The notes under the pieces were generated by a model. The model was not told where the DNA came from, did no database searches, and saw only the letters and a program-made list of their open reading frames with translations. Shown here in pieces: positions 29,386 through 39,473 of a DNA stretch of 64,000 nt. The translations under genes were made by a program, and so were the position numbers. Origin of the DNA: Planctomycetota bacterium (GTDB lineage: Bacteria > Planctomycetota > UBA8108 > SXIK01); the NCBI GenBank assembly GCA_965223845.1, contig CBDCXR010000004.1, forward strand, positions 704,001 to 768,000, given 5' to 3'. Positions within the stretch are counted from its first letter, which is position 1. Each line of letters opens with the position of its first letter.

Positions 29386-30951
29386 ATGGTCCGCGTTCTG
29401 AGCGGAGATTTTTTCGGCCTCGAGGGGCGTCCGGTCGAGGTTCAGGTCGACGTCTCCCGGCGCGGCGCGGCGTGCGTGACCGTGGTCGGTCTTCCGGGAA
29501 AGTCGATCCGCGAGAGCCGCGAACGCATCCGCGCGGGGATCGGCAACTCCGGCTACCGGTTCCCGCACCAGAGCCGAGTCCTGATCAACCTCGCGCCGGC
29601 GGCGGAGCAGAAGGACGGCTCGGGCTTCGATCTCGCGATCGCGGTCGGGATTCTCGTCGCGAGCAGTCAACTCCGCCCCGGCCGCGGCTGGCTGCGCGAG
29701 GACGCGGTTCTCGCGGGCGCCGGATTCCTCGGAGAGCTTGGACTCCAGGGCGAGCTCCGTCCGATCACGGGCGCTCTGATCGCGGCCGACGGGCTGCGCC
29801 GAGCGGGAGTCGCGCGGGTCGTCGTTCCGAGCGAAAACGCCGCCGAGGTGAGCCACCTCGAGGCGCTCGAGGTCCATCCCGCCGCGGAGCTGCGCGAAGT
29901 GCTCTCGCTCCTCCGGCTCCCCGTCGACGCGCTCCGCCCGCCGGAACTCGATCGGCGTCCGCGGCAGCCGAACTCACTCATCGCCGATGGCGATTTCGCC
30001 GATGTGCGCGGACAAGAGTCGACGAAGCGCGCGCTCTTTCTCGCCGCGGCCGGAGGTCACAACACGATCTTGTCCGGTCCGCCCGGCGTCGGGAAGACGA
30101 TGCTCGCCCGTCGGCTTCCGGGGATCCTCCCGCCGCTTTCGCGCGAGGACGCGCTCGCCGTGCTCCGGGTTCGGAGCGTCGTCGGCGAGGCCGTCGACCG
30201 TTCGGACGAGCTCGCACCACCGTTTCGGAGCCCTCACCACACGACGAGCTACGCGGGACTCGTCGGCGGCGGCTCGACCGTGCGTCCCGGCGAAGTCACG
30301 CGCGCGCACGGGGGTGTCCTTTTTCTCGATGAGATCCCGGAGTTCCAGCGCCGGGCCCTCGAAGCGCTGCGCGAGCCCCTCGAGGAAGGATGGATTTCGA
30401 TCGGGCGGAGCACGGGCTGCGTCCGCCTTCCCGCTCGACTCCTTCTCGTCGCCGCGATGAATCCCTGTCCGTGTGGATATCTCGGGCATCCGCGCCGCGC
30501 GTGTCGCTGCACGCCACCCCGGGTCCAGAGCTACCGGGAGCGCATTTCTGGCCCGCTCCTCGATCGCGTGGATCTCTTCGTCGACGTGCCCCCGGTCGCG
30601 CCGCGCGAGATCCTCCGGCCGACTTCCGGTTCGCCGAATGTGAGCTCGCGCGAGTTTCGCCGCGCGGTGATCGCCGCCCGCGAACGTCAGCGTCGGCGCT
30701 GGGGCTCCGATCGAACGAACGCTACGATCTCGTTTCGTTGTCTCCTCGAACGTGGCGGCGCGGCGCCGTCGGTCCTTCGCGATCTCGAGCGGCGCGCCGA
30801 GCGTCTCGAGCTTTCCGCTCGAGGCTTTTCGCGCGTTCTTCGTGTCGCGCGGACCATCGCCGACGCGGATCGCGGGGCGGCGGACGGAGTGGAGATCCGT
30901 CACCTCGACGAGGCGCTCTACTACCGCGGGTGGGCCGCGGCAACAAACTGA
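29386..30951 (+). CDS. comM: YifB/ComM Mg-chelatase-like AAA+ ATPase
   Basis: VGLP...RESRERIR, INLAPA, FDLAIA, GELGLQG, GPPGVGKTM, PFRSPHHT, PGEVTRAHGGVLFLDEIPEF, AMNPCPCG, SGPLLDRVD, LSARG...LRVARTIAD. Confidence 0.93.
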   Translation: MVRVLSGDFFGLEGRPVEVQVDVSRRGAACVTVVGLPGKSIRESRERIRAGIGNSGYRFPHQSRVLINLAPAAEQKDGSGFDLAIAVGILVASSQLRPGRGWLREDAVLAGAGFLGELGLQGELRPITGALIAADGLRRAGVARVVVPSENAAEVSHLEALEVHPAAELREVLSLLRLPVDALRPPELDRRPRQPNSLIADGDFADVRGQESTKRALFLAAAGGHNTILSGPPGVGKTMLARRLPGILPPLSREDALAVLRVRSVVGEAVDRSDELAPPFRSPHHTTSYAGLVGGGSTVRPGEVTRAHGGVLFLDEIPEFQRRALEALREPLEEGWISIGRSTGCVRLPARLLLVAAMNPCPCGYLGHPRRACRCTPPRVQSYRERISGPLLDRVDLFVDVPPVAPREILRPTSGSPNVSSREFRRAVIAARERQRRRWGSDRTNATISFRCLLERGGAAPSVLRDLERRAERLELSARGFSRVLRVARTIADADRGAADGVEIRHLDEALYYRGWAAATN

Positions 30952-31081
30952 ACGACCTCTTCCCGGTGACGTCTCGCGCCTACGCGGGTATCATGCAGGG
31001 GTCTTACGCGGGGAGGCGCAACGTACGAGGCGTCGCTCCGCGCGTTCCGTTCACCGCCTCATTTGGGGGAAGATTCAGGCC

Positions 31082-31225
31082 ATGCTCTTCGGCTGGTCCT
31101 TTCCGAAGCTGATGATCGTGCTCAGCATCGGTTTTCTTCTCTTCGGCGTTCCGACTCTCGCGTACATCGTCGCGAAAGTCCGCCGACGGCGGGAAGCGCG
31201 CACCGTCGCGGCTCGTCCGCGGTGA
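31082..31225 (+). CDS. Small membrane protein (47 aa) with TatA-like N-terminus
   Basis: MLFGWSFPKLMIVLSIGFLLFGVPTLAYIVAKVRRRR; purine-rich GGGGAAG upstream; lies in an otherwise empty gap. Confidence 0.5.
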   Translation: MLFGWSFPKLMIVLSIGFLLFGVPTLAYIVAKVRRRREARTVAARPR

Positions 31226-31406
31226 GACGCGCGGCGCGGCGGGTCCCCGAAGAGCGCCGGTGAGCGGCACCGGCGCATCCGTCCGCGTACCGAGCGATTC
31301 GTCGGGTGCCGAACGCGTTCGGACGGGATCGCGCGGCGGATGAGCGGAGATCTCGATTTCCGGCTCGAGGTGAAGTGTTCCGGTTGAATTTGACGAGGCG
31401 TCGAGA

Positions 31407-32414
31407 ATGAGCGGTGTACGCGTGGCGGTCGCAGGGGCGACCGGTGCCGTGGGGCGGGAGATGCTGGATGTGCTCGAGCGGCGAGAGTTTCCCGTGCGGG
31501 AGCTCGTGCTCCTCGCGTCGTCGCGATCGAAGGGGCGCCGCCTCGAGTTCCGCGGTGAGGAGATCGAAGTCGGCGTCCTCGCGCCGGGATCGTTTCGCGG
31601 GGTCGATCTCGCGCTTTTCTCCGCGGGTGGATCTACCGCGAAGGAATTCGCCCCGCACGCCGTCGATGCCGGAGCGGTCGTCGTCGACAACTCGTCCGCG
31701 TTCCGCTACGAGCCGAACGTTCCGCTCGTCGTCCCGGAAGTGAACGCCGACGCGCTCGGGTCGCACCCCGGAATCGTCGCGAACCCCAATTGCTCGACGA
31801 TCATCATGCTCGTCGCCATCGCGCCGATTCACCGGCTCTCGCCCCTCGAGAGGGTCTTCGCGGCGACGTATCAAGCGGCGTCCGGCGCCGGCGCGGCGGG
31901 AATGGAGGCGCTGCGCCGCGAGGCGGCGGGTGAGGGTGCGGCCGACGGTGCGAAGTGCGCGGATTCGCCGTTTCCCCACCGGCTGAGTGGAAACGTCGTT
32001 CCGAGGATCGACACGCTGCAAGAGACCGGCTACACGCGCGAAGAGATGAAGATGGTCTGGGAGACGCGGAAGATTCTCGGCTGCCCCGAGCTCCCGGTCT
32101 CGGCGACATGTGTGCGCGTACCCGTCGAGCGCGCGCACTCCGAAGCGATCCACTTGACGACGCGCGAGCCCCTCTCGGTCGACGACGTTCGCGCGGCCTT
32201 GAAAGCCGCACCCGGAGTGACGCTCGAAGACGACCCCGCCGCGGACGTGTATCCGACGCCTCTCGCTGTGAGCGGCGCCGACGACGTGTTCGTCGGGCGG
32301 ATCCGCCGTCACCCCGATGACCCGCGGACGTTCGACCTCTGGGTCGTCGGCGATCAGGTGCGAAAGGGCGCCGCGCTCAATGCGGTCCAGATCGCGGAGG
32401 CGCTCTTCTGTTGA
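31407..32414 (+). CDS. asd: Aspartate-semialdehyde dehydrogenase
   Basis: GATGAVG, DNSSAFR, VVPEVN, NPNCST (catalytic Cys), TYQAASGAG, CVRVPV, HSE, RKGAALN. Confidence 0.97.
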   Translation: MSGVRVAVAGATGAVGREMLDVLERREFPVRELVLLASSRSKGRRLEFRGEEIEVGVLAPGSFRGVDLALFSAGGSTAKEFAPHAVDAGAVVVDNSSAFRYEPNVPLVVPEVNADALGSHPGIVANPNCSTIIMLVAIAPIHRLSPLERVFAATYQAASGAGAAGMEALRREAAGEGAADGAKCADSPFPHRLSGNVVPRIDTLQETGYTREEMKMVWETRKILGCPELPVSATCVRVPVERAHSEAIHLTTREPLSVDDVRAALKAAPGVTLEDDPAADVYPTPLAVSGADDVFVGRIRRHPDDPRTFDLWVVGDQVRKGAALNAVQIAEALFC

Positions 32415-33262
32415 CGGGACGCCCGGACGAACCCGAAGCCGCAAGCGACGCAGCGCAGGCGAGCGACGGGTTCCACGTGAAGCTCGTTCTTCAGTACGAC
32501 GGCACCGACTTTCACGGGTGGCAGCGCCAGCCTGGCGTGCGCACCGTGCAGGGTGTCCTCGAAGAAGCGCTCGCCGCGCTCTACGGGAAGCCGATCGCGA
32601 CGCAAGGGACCAGCCGCACGGATGCCGGCGTCCACGCCGAGGGGCAAGCCGTGTCGCTCACCTGTCCTCCTTCCGTGCCGTTCGCGCGGATCGCGCGAGC
32701 TCTCCACGGTCGTCTTCCGGATGACGTTCGGATTCGATCCGTCGAGGAGGTCGCATCGGACTTCGACGCCCGGCGTTCCGCGTTCGGGAAGCACTACCGC
32801 TACACGATCGACGTCGGTCCGCTTCGCGATGTTTTCGCGCGGCGCTGGGCTCTCCATGTCGACGGAGTGCTCGACGTCGACCGGATGCGCGAAGCGGCCG
32901 GCGCATTCGTGGGCGAGCAAGACTACGCGGCCTTTCAGTGCGCGAGCGATCAAGCTCCCCCGGATACGGTGCGCGAAGTGCTCGCGGTTGCGATCGACGA
33001 CGCGCTTCCGAACCGCCTGTTCGTCCACGTTCTAGGCCGGAGCTTCCTCTACAAGATGGTTCGCTCTATGGTCGGCACGCTCGTCGATGTCGGCGCCGGC
33101 CGCCGCCCACCGGAGTTCGTGCGCGCGGCACTTCTCGCGCGAGACCGCCGCGCCGCGGGAGCGACGGCGCCGGCGCGTGGACTGACCCTCGTCGAAGTGT
33201 TCTGGGACGAGCTAAACCTCGGCCGAGCTGCGGTGCGGCTCGGCACGGCTCGGTCGCGTTGA
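32411..33262 (+). CDS. truA: tRNA pseudouridine(38-40) synthase
   Basis: YDGTDFHGWQRQ, GTSRTDAGVHA, FLYKMVRSMVG, TAPARGL; start may be the GTG at 32477. Confidence 0.96.
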   Translation: MTGRPDEPEAASDAAQASDGFHVKLVLQYDGTDFHGWQRQPGVRTVQGVLEEALAALYGKPIATQGTSRTDAGVHAEGQAVSLTCPPSVPFARIARALHGRLPDDVRIRSVEEVASDFDARRSAFGKHYRYTIDVGPLRDVFARRWALHVDGVLDVDRMREAAGAFVGEQDYAAFQCASDQAPPDTVREVLAVAIDDALPNRLFVHVLGRSFLYKMVRSMVGTLVDVGAGRRPPEFVRAALLARDRRAAGATAPARGLTLVEVFWDELNLGRAAVRLGTARSR

Positions 33263-33288
33263 CGCTCATCCGAGCTTACGGGTATACT
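33259..33288 (+). promoter_or_regulatory. sigma70-type promoter upstream of the hpf-PTS cluster
   Basis: TTGACG-18 bp-TATACT. Confidence 0.7.
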
Positions 33289-33345
33289 GAGGCGCGTTTA
33301 GTCGACAGTTCCCGCGCGTTCCCGTGTTCGCTGGAGGAGCCGCCC

Positions 33346-33744
33346 ATGGCCACGATCGTCGTCACCGGGCGAGACGCCGAAGTGACGTCTCGAAACAAGC
33401 AGCGAGCGGAGGAAAAGCTCGCAAAGCTCGAGCGGTACTTCGATGGAATTACGCGCATCGAAGCGATCCTCGCGCACCAAGCCGACGCCGCCGAAGTCGA
33501 GCTCGTGATTTCGGTCCGGCGCGGACGTCCGATCGTCTGCCACGGCAGCGCGAAAGAGCTCTACGCCGCGCTCGACGGCGTCATCGACAAGGCCGAGATC
33601 CAGCTCACGCGGTTCAAAGAGCGGGCGAAGGCGCACCGCGCCGAACCGACGGGCATGGCGGCGGCCGAGCCGGAGTCTCTGCCGGAGGAGCCCCTCGAGA
33701 GCTACGACGAGATCGTCGACCGCACGGGGTACAGTTCCGAGTGA
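33346..33744 (+). CDS. hpf: Ribosome hibernation factor (HPF/RaiA, short form)
   Basis: IVVTGR, EEKLAKLERYFDGI, ELYAALD...KAEIQLTRFKER; GGAGG SD. Confidence 0.9.
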   Translation: MATIVVTGRDAEVTSRNKQRAEEKLAKLERYFDGITRIEAILAHQADAAEVELVISVRRGRPIVCHGSAKELYAALDGVIDKAEIQLTRFKERAKAHRAEPTGMAAAEPESLPEEPLESYDEIVDRTGYSSE

Positions 33745-34008
33745 CGACGGCAACGCCGCAGTGCGGGCGGCCCTTCGAGCGATCGTTCGTCGCATTTTCG
33801 GACCTTTCGCCACGACTTTCGGTCCGTCCGAATCGAGAGTGGATGCCGCAACGTGGATCCGGTAGTTCTGGCGTCGGCCGGGATCGACGTTCGCGCTGGC
33901 CGCTTCGGTGAGGGAGTTGCCCTGGGAGCCGGAGCTAGCGCACGGCGGGCCGTGCAGAGAGAGCGCCGCCCGATCCCGCGGCCGCCGCGGTGAGGAACCA
34001 ACGCCCCG

Positions 34009-34497
34009 ATGACCAACGACCATTCGCTCTGCGCCGTGTTCGCGGCGGATTCCGTCATCGTCGACCTGAAGGCACGCGATAAGAAGGCGGCGATCCGAGA
34101 ACTGCTCCAACATCTCGTCGCTCGTGGCGTCCTCGACGACGACGCCGCGCGCAAAGCCGAGAAAATCGTCCACAAGCGCGAGGGGGTCGGGTCGACGGGA
34201 ATCGGGAAGGGGCTCGCGATTCCGCACGCCAAGGAGTGCCCGGTCGTCGACGGACTCGTCGGCGTGTTCGGTCGCTCGCGCGAGGGTCTGCCGTTCGACG
34301 CCGTGGACGGGGGGCTCGTCCACGTTCTCTTTCTGGTCCTCTCACCGAAGGACATGGCGGAAGCGCACCTTGCGGTGATGCGGCGAATCGCACAGCTCCA
34401 TCGGGACGAGAACACGCTCAAATACCTCGCGACGGATCCGGAGCTCGGCAGCCTCACCGCAATCCTGAAGGATATCGATGACTCCTTCGCCGGGTGA
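34009..34497 (+). CDS. ptsN: PTS EIIA (Ntr/fructose type), stand-alone
   Basis: REGVGSTGIGKGLAIPHAK (phospho-His), FDAVDG, HL. Confidence 0.9.
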   Translation: MTNDHSLCAVFAADSVIVDLKARDKKAAIRELLQHLVARGVLDDDAARKAEKIVHKREGVGSTGIGKGLAIPHAKECPVVDGLVGVFGRSREGLPFDAVDGGLVHVLFLVLSPKDMAEAHLAVMRRIAQLHRDENTLKYLATDPELGSLTAILKDIDDSFAG

Positions 34498-35521
34498 TCG
34501 CGAGCGAAGAGAGCCCGGCCCCACGTTTCCGTCGTCGCCGGAGGTGACGCGGGAGCCGCGGGGCGCGAAGATCGTCGCGTTTGGGGGCGGCACCGGAATG
34601 TCGGCGCTCCTCCGAGGTCTCAAGGGATTCACCGACCATCTCACCGCGGTCGTAACCGTCACCGACAACGGCGGGAGCTCCGGGAGGCTGCGAAACGACT
34701 TCGACATCGTTGCGCCGGGCGACATCCGGAACTGTCTCGCTGCGCTCGCCGACGTCGACCCGCTGATCCAGGACGTATTTCAGTACCGGTTTCAGGAAGC
34801 GGAGTTCAAGGGACACTGCTTCGGCAACCTGTTCATCACCGTGCTCGCGCGGATCGTCGGGTCGTTCGACGACTCGGTGCGGGAGATGAACCGCCTCCTC
34901 CGAGTGAAGGGGCGAGTGATCCCCGCGAGCGGGAACAAGGTCTCCCTCGTCGCCCACCATCCCGACGGCTCGAAGAGCACGGGCGAGGTACAGATCTCTC
35001 AGAGCGCTCAGCCGATCGATCGGATCGAGCTCCGGCCGTCACCCGTGCCGCTGTCGGCCGAGATTCGTGCGGCGATCGCCGATGCGGAGCTTTTCCTCTT
35101 CGGGCCCGGAAGCCTCTACACGAGCGTGATTCCGAACCTCCTCGTGGAGGGAATGATCGACGCGATCCGGGAGAACGGGAGTCCCTGCGTCTACATCTCC
35201 AACCTGATGACTCAGCCCGGCGAGACCGACGGGTACACGCTGCGAGACCATGTCCTCGCGCTGCGTCGCCACGTGGGTGACGAGTTTCCCGACGTCGTCA
35301 TCGCCCACAACGGCGAATTACCGGACGATCTGCGGAAGAAGTACGAGTCGACCGGAGCTTCCGCCGTCGCGAGTGGGCTCCCCGGGCGCGCGTTCGCCGG
35401 TGTTCGCTTGATCGAGAGGGACTTCCTCGATTCCGGCGCGACCGCGCGACACGATCCCCGGCGGCTGGCGGCGACCGTGTATGAGGAGTTCCTCGTGCCG
35501 CTCACTCGGGGCGCCCGGTAG
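34478..35521 (+). CDS. yvcK: YvcK/GlmR UDP-GlcNAc-binding gluconeogenesis factor
   Basis: FGGGTG, VTDNGGSSG, PGDIRNCL, GHCFGNLF, GPGSLYTSVIPNL, NLMTQPGET, RHDP. Confidence 0.93.
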   Translation: MTPSPGDRERREPGPTFPSSPEVTREPRGAKIVAFGGGTGMSALLRGLKGFTDHLTAVVTVTDNGGSSGRLRNDFDIVAPGDIRNCLAALADVDPLIQDVFQYRFQEAEFKGHCFGNLFITVLARIVGSFDDSVREMNRLLRVKGRVIPASGNKVSLVAHHPDGSKSTGEVQISQSAQPIDRIELRPSPVPLSAEIRAAIADAELFLFGPGSLYTSVIPNLLVEGMIDAIRENGSPCVYISNLMTQPGETDGYTLRDHVLALRRHVGDEFPDVVIAHNGELPDDLRKKYESTGASAVASGLPGRAFAGVRLIERDFLDSGATARHDPRRLAATVYEEFLVPLTRGAR

Positions 35522-35881
35522 CTCCTCCGCCGCGACGCCCCAGGCGGGCAGCTGAGGGCGAGCCGGGTAGGGGGGCGGAAGTCGACAGCGACCGACTGAA
35601 GTCGCGCCGGAGCCGTACATTCAGGCTTCGTGTCCCGTGGGCGAACGGACCCCGAACTCGTTGGCGCCGGAGTGGCCGGAACGCTGGCCGAAGTTCGGGA
35701 AAGTCCAGGATCTCCGGCCGTACGAAACGGGTGCACCCGCGGCCGAGGCCCCTTGGCTCGGTGGTGCGCCGTCGCCTACGTAACCCTTTGTCAATACTAA
35801 AGAAACAGGCTGTCTCGGCAGGGCGAACGGGGCGTTCCGCGCGCGCGTCGGCTCGCTCCGCTGGCGCCGGCCCGCGACGCC

Positions 35882-35890
35882 TGTTATTTT
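35882..35890 (+). promoter_or_regulatory. Extended -10 (TGnTATTTT), possible leaderless promoter of ptsH
   Basis: ATG at 35898, 8 nt after the hexamer; no SD. Confidence 0.4.
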
Positions 35891-35897
35891 GGTCGCC

Positions 35898-36173
35898 ATG
35901 GAACTCGAGCGTTCGATTGAGATCTCCAACAAGCACGGGCTGCACGCGAGAGCCTCGACTCGACTCGCTCAGCTCGCTCAGCGCTACACCGCCGCCGTGT
36001 TCCTCTCGCGGGGCGACTCGGAAGAGGAGGTGGACGCGAAGAGCATTTTGGGGATCCTCACGCTCGGAGCGGAGAAGGGACAGGTCGTCCAACTGCGCGT
36101 GACCGGGGACGACGCCGAGGACGCCATGAGCGCCCTGGTTGCCCTCATCGAAGACAAGTTCGGCGAGGATTAG
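35898..36173 (+). CDS. ptsH: Phosphocarrier protein HPr
   Basis: NKHGLHARAS (His15) and VDAKSILGILTLG (Ser46). Confidence 0.96.
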   Translation: MELERSIEISNKHGLHARASTRLAQLAQRYTAAVFLSRGDSEEEVDAKSILGILTLGAEKGQVVQLRVTGDDAEDAMSALVALIEDKFGED

Positions 36174-36313
36174 CGTCTCCCCACCCGACGCGGCGAGCGG
36201 AGAGCGGCCTCGGCCGTCGCGGCGGGCTCGAATCCGCCGGCCCGGCTACGCGGCTCCCTGCGAGGGCGCGACGCGCGGAGCCAAGTCAGCCGACGGAGAG
36301 CGGCGTTCGAACG

Positions 36314-38059
36314 ATGGAAACTCGCAAGGGCATTCCGGTCTCGCCGGGAATCGGCATCGGTGAGGCGTCGGTCGTCGTCCACGAAGACCTGCGCATCCGG
36401 CGCCGGTTCGTGCCGCAGGCCGACGTCGACCAGGAGGTCGTCCGGCTCGAGCAAGCGGTCGAAAACGCCGTAGCGGGGATCAACGCGCAGCTCGAGCAGC
36501 TCGACGACAAGGTTTCGATCCCGGCTCAGGTCCTCGAGAGCCATCGCGACATGATCGCCGACGCGCATCTTCGGCGACAGATCGAGGAGCTCATCCGAAC
36601 GAACGGCTACAGCGCGGAGTACGCGCTGTCGCTCGTCTTGAAGGGCTTCTACCGCCGCTTCCAGGAGATGGATTCTGAGTACATCTCGGAGCGCATTCAG
36701 GATCTTCGCGACATCGAGAGGAAGCTGCTCCGCAGCCTCCTCGGGAAGACGGCGGCAGCCGAGCAGCAGAAGGGGCGGAAGTCGGTCGTCGTCGGACACG
36801 ACTTGAGCCCGAGCGAGGCGGCTCGTCTCGACCGCGATCGCGTGCAGGGCGTCGCCGTCGACGTCGGCGGCCGCACGTCGCACACCGCGATCATGGCGCG
36901 TGCGATGCGTATCCCGGCGGTCGTCGGGCTCGAGAATCTTTCCCGTTTCGTGGCCGGCGGCGATGTCGTCGTCGTCGACGGGTACACCGGCGTCGTCGTC
37001 GTCGATCCCGACGAGAAAACCCTCGAGGAGTACCGCCGGCGGCGTCAACTCTCCGAGCAGTTCTATCTCAATCTCCACCATGAGATCCGCTATCCGGCCG
37101 AGACCCTCGACGGATTCGAGATCTCGCTATCGGCGAACATCGAGTTTCCCGAAGAGATCGCGACGGCTCTCGAGTGGGGGGCTCGAGGTGTCGGACTCTA
37201 CCGAACGGAGTTTCTCTACCAGCGCGGCGAGCCCGGGGAAAACGAGCACTTCGAGAGCTACCGAGAGGCCGTCGGGCTTCTCCGCGGTCGGCCGCTCACC
37301 ATCCGCACTCTCGATGCCGGTGCCGACAAGTTTCACTCCGAGTCGGTGGGCTCACACGAGCCGAACCCGTTCCTCGGTTGCCGCTCGATTCGGTTGTGCT
37401 TCCAGCGGCCGCAGCTCTTTCGCGATCAGATCCGAGCGATCCTTCGGGTGTCGGCGATCGGGCGCGTGAAAATCATGCTCCCCATGGTGTCGAACCGCGA
37501 TGAGCTCACCTGGGCGAAGGACGTGATCGCCGACGTTCAGGCCGAACTCACGAAGAGCGGCGAGCCGTTCGACGCGAATGTTCCGATCGGGATCATGGTC
37601 GAGGTGCCCTCGGTCGCGTTGATGGCGGATGTGTTCGCCCGCGAGGTCGACTTCTTCAGCATCGGGACGAACGATCTCGTTCAGTACTGCCTGGCGGTCG
37701 ATCGGGTGAACGAGCGTGTCGCGCATCTTTATCAACCCACGCATCCCGCGATCCTCCGTCTGATTCGGAACGTGATCGATGCGGGTGGACGCCACGGAAT
37801 CGATGTGTCGATCTGCGGGGAGATGTGCAGCGAACCGATCTACGCGGTCCTTCTCCTCGGGCTCGGCCTCCGCAGCTTCAGCGTGAGCCCGATCGCCATT
37901 CCGACCGTAAAGCGGATGATCCGTCAGCTCACGATGCGCGACGCGGTCGAGGTCGCCGAGGAGTGCCTCGGGTTCGAGACGGCCGATGAAAGCCAGAGTG
38001 TTCTCGCCGACCGCGTGCAGAACCTCCTTCCCGACTTCGTCGACCTTGCGGCCCGCTGA
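36314..38059 (+). CDS. ptsI: PTS enzyme I
   Basis: GGRTSHTAIMAR, GVGLYRTEFL, IRTLD, EPNPFLG, MVEVP, SIGTNDL, ICGEM; no N-terminal GAF domain. Confidence 0.97.
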   Translation: METRKGIPVSPGIGIGEASVVVHEDLRIRRRFVPQADVDQEVVRLEQAVENAVAGINAQLEQLDDKVSIPAQVLESHRDMIADAHLRRQIEELIRTNGYSAEYALSLVLKGFYRRFQEMDSEYISERIQDLRDIERKLLRSLLGKTAAAEQQKGRKSVVVGHDLSPSEAARLDRDRVQGVAVDVGGRTSHTAIMARAMRIPAVVGLENLSRFVAGGDVVVVDGYTGVVVVDPDEKTLEEYRRRRQLSEQFYLNLHHEIRYPAETLDGFEISLSANIEFPEEIATALEWGARGVGLYRTEFLYQRGEPGENEHFESYREAVGLLRGRPLTIRTLDAGADKFHSESVGSHEPNPFLGCRSIRLCFQRPQLFRDQIRAILRVSAIGRVKIMLPMVSNRDELTWAKDVIADVQAELTKSGEPFDANVPIGIMVEVPSVALMADVFAREVDFFSIGTNDLVQYCLAVDRVNERVAHLYQPTHPAILRLIRNVIDAGGRHGIDVSICGEMCSEPIYAVLLLGLGLRSFSVSPIAIPTVKRMIRQLTMRDAVEVAEECLGFETADESQSVLADRVQNLLPDFVDLAAR

Positions 38060-38413
38060 CAAAGCGCTCGGCTGAGGAGCGCGGCACGTTTCGCGTGTGA
38101 CGGGCGGCGTATGGTTCGGGCTCCGAGAGGCCGCGCTTCTGAACGAACGACGGTACGGTCCGGCAGAAGCGTACTGGTCGTCCGACGCGGCGACTTGCCC
38201 GCCGTATCGGTCGTTCAGCCGACTCGCGCAAAGTCCGCGCGGGGAAGTTGACGATCATCGGGTGCGGTGTACTGTTCGGCGCCTTCGCCGGGGAGATCGC
38301 TGCAGTCTCTGTTTGACTCACCCTTGCGTTCCTCGCCGGAGTCCTTTGGGGCGCGTCGGCGCGCCATCCATCCCGAACGGGAAGATCCAAGTGTTCCCGC
38401 CACAGGTGACCTG

Positions 38414-39457
38414 ATGCTAGGAAAGAAGAAAAGTCTCGTCGGACTCGACATCGGCTCGACCGAGGTCAAAGCCGTCGAGCTCACCGAGGTAGGTGACGAA
38501 GTCAAGATTACCGGCTTCGGCCACGGGACGATCGAGTCTCCGGACGCCGTGCAGGACACGATCGCCGACGTTCTCCGCTCGTCGGGGATCAAGACGAAGC
38601 GCGTCGCCACCGCGGTGTCGGGTCGCGCTGTGATCGTGCGCTACCTGAACATGGTGCGCATGCCGGAAGCGGACGTGAAGAATGCGATCCGCTACGAAGC
38701 GGACAAGTACATTCCGTTTCAGGTCGACGAGGTGATCCTCGACTCGATGGTGCTCCCGGATTTCGTGGACGGTCCCGACGGTCCCGACCCGGACTCGGAG
38801 ATGCGCGTTCTTCTCGTCGCGGTGAAGCAGAACCTCGTCGACGAGCACCTGCAGGTCGTCCAGGGACTCGGTCTCACGCCTGCAGTGATCGACGTCGACA
38901 CCTTCGCGCTCGGAAACGCGTTCGAGTTGAACGTTCTCAACAGCCCCCGAGTCGAAGACGAGGACAAGGTCGTCGCGCTCGTCGACATCGGATCGATCAA
39001 GACGAACATCAACATCCTCAAGAACAACACTTCGTACTTCTCCCGCGAGATCTACCTCGCGGGGAACGAGTTCTCCGAGGCGATCGCGCGCCGCTTGGGA
39101 ATCGAAGTCAACGAAGCGGCTCAGCTCAAGCAGACCCCGGACGGCAACGAGCACACGATCGAGGAGAGCATCCTGCCGATCCTCGACGACCTCGGAAACG
39201 AGATCCACCTGTCGTTCGACTATTACGAGAACCAGTACGACCGGGAGATCGACGAAGTCTATCTCTCGGGCGGAAGCTCGCAGCTTCCGGGTCTCCGCGA
39301 AGCGCTCGAGCGTACCTTCGATCGCGCTCTCGCGGGCTGGGATCCGACGGAGAACCTCGAGGTGAACGACGATCGCGTCGACATCGACGTCATGAAGAGC
39401 CACGCTCCGCAGCTCGCCATCGCCGTCGGCTTGGCCTCGCGGATCCTCGACAGTTAG
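38414..39457 (+). CDS. pilM: Type IV pilus assembly protein PilM
   Basis: VGLDIGS...KAVEL, YIPF, VLLVA, ALVDIG, LSGG, AIAVGLA. Confidence 0.95.
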   Translation: MLGKKKSLVGLDIGSTEVKAVELTEVGDEVKITGFGHGTIESPDAVQDTIADVLRSSGIKTKRVATAVSGRAVIVRYLNMVRMPEADVKNAIRYEADKYIPFQVDEVILDSMVLPDFVDGPDGPDPDSEMRVLLVAVKQNLVDEHLQVVQGLGLTPAVIDVDTFALGNAFELNVLNSPRVEDEDKVVALVDIGSIKTNINILKNNTSYFSREIYLAGNEFSEAIARRLGIEVNEAAQLKQTPDGNEHTIEESILPILDDLGNEIHLSFDYYENQYDREIDEVYLSGGSSQLPGLREALERTFDRALAGWDPTENLEVNDDRVDIDVMKSHAPQLAIAVGLASRILDS

Positions 39458-39473
39458 TTAGGAGCCTCTCGGA

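Noticed and set aside
35698-35715. GGAAAGTCC resembling the RNase P RNA P4 motif
   Set aside because: Other RNase P conserved regions are absent and the space before ptsH is too short; the bases fit a local hairpin
38082-38096. CGGCACG upstream of pilM as a sigma54 site
   Set aside because: No GC at the required GG-N10-GC spacing
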